Shown: in pieces, positions 63,600-64,000 of the stretch
Layout of the letters: every line of letters begins with the position of its first letter
Numbering within the stretch: the stretch's first letter is position 1
Origin: an uncultured bacterium
GTDB taxonomy: Bacteria; Krumholzibacteriota; Krumholzibacteriia; Krumholzibacteriales; Krumholzibacteriaceae
Assembly (NCBI GenBank): GCA_963813815.1
Contig: CAWFAD010000005.1
Location: forward strand, 49,932 to 113,931
DNA length: 64,000 bases
Direction of reading: 5' to 3'
Made by a program: the position numbers and the translations under genes
The notes under the pieces: generated by a model
What the model was told of the DNA's origin: nothing
Databases searched by the model: none
Seen by the model: only the letters and a program-made list of their open reading frames with translations

Positions 63600-64000
63600 T
63601 CAGAGCCATTTCTTCCGGCGGAACCATACGAGCATCGCGACGCCCACGGCGGTCACGAGCAGCATGATCGCCGGATACCCGTATCGCCAGCCGAGCTCGG
63701 GCATATACCTGAAGTTCATGCCGTAGATGCCGACCAGGAAGGTGAGCGGGATGAAGATGGTGGCGATCAGCGTCAGCAACTTCATGATTTGGTTCAGCCG
63801 GAAGCTGACGCTGGATAGGTAGATGTCGATCATCCCGGCGATGATATCCCGGAAGGACTCGATCGCGTCGATCATCTGGACGGTGTGATCGTAGACATCC
63901 CTGATGTAGAGGATGGTCTCCTGGTGGATGAGGGGCGAGTCCGATCGCTCCAGCGAGGAGATCACCTCGCGGAGCGGCCAGACCGCTCGGCGCAGCTCGA
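63600..64000 (-). CDS. corA: CorA magnesium/cobalt transporter, C-terminal part (runs off window end)
   Basis: YIRDVYDH, NQIMKLLT..FIPLTFLVGIYGMNF..MPEL.W.YGY. Confidence 0.93.
   Translation of the reverse strand, partial: ELRRAVWPLREVISSLERSDSPLIHQETILYIRDVYDHTVQMIDAIESFRDIIAGMIDIYLSSVSFRLNQIMKLLTLIATIFIPLTFLVGIYGMNFRYMPELGWRYGYPAIMLLVTAVGVAMLVWFRRKKWL

Overview
High-GC bacterial chromosomal window of about 53 CDS and 3 tRNAs (Glu-TTC, Lys-TTT, Leu-TAG). Gene content (GWxTD protein, C-terminal 'TWxxIK' tails, FlgD/T9SS-like tail) suggests an FCB-related candidate lineage such as Krumholzibacteriota; this is inference only. Housekeeping blocks: tig-clpP-clpX-lon-engB-aminotransferase, purA, tdh-kbl-hppA, ychF-archease-rtcB, ggt, wecB, acyl-CoA carboxyltransferase/methylmalonyl-CoA mutase/epimerase, corA. 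Two loci stand out. (1) An intact 942-aa DnaE paralogue has lost the catalytic aspartates and ends just after a QISLF clamp-binding motif; it is coupled to lexA and lies behind a sigma70 promoter containing an SOS-box-like palindrome. (2) A ~10 kb envelope-signalling cluster runs GAF-PP2C, RsbW-like, STAS, ECF sigma, anti-sigma, a membrane-anchored 12-residue-repeat protein, a zincin/propeller/barrel outer-membrane protein and PrsW; an identical CGCCAAC-N17-GTAGTT motif lies before the sigma gene and before the repeat gene. No transposase, integrase or CRISPR array was seen. Frameshifts near 39.1-39.35 kb and throughout 55.9-63.6 kb look like sequencing errors. All calls are from motif reading by eye; no database searches were run.
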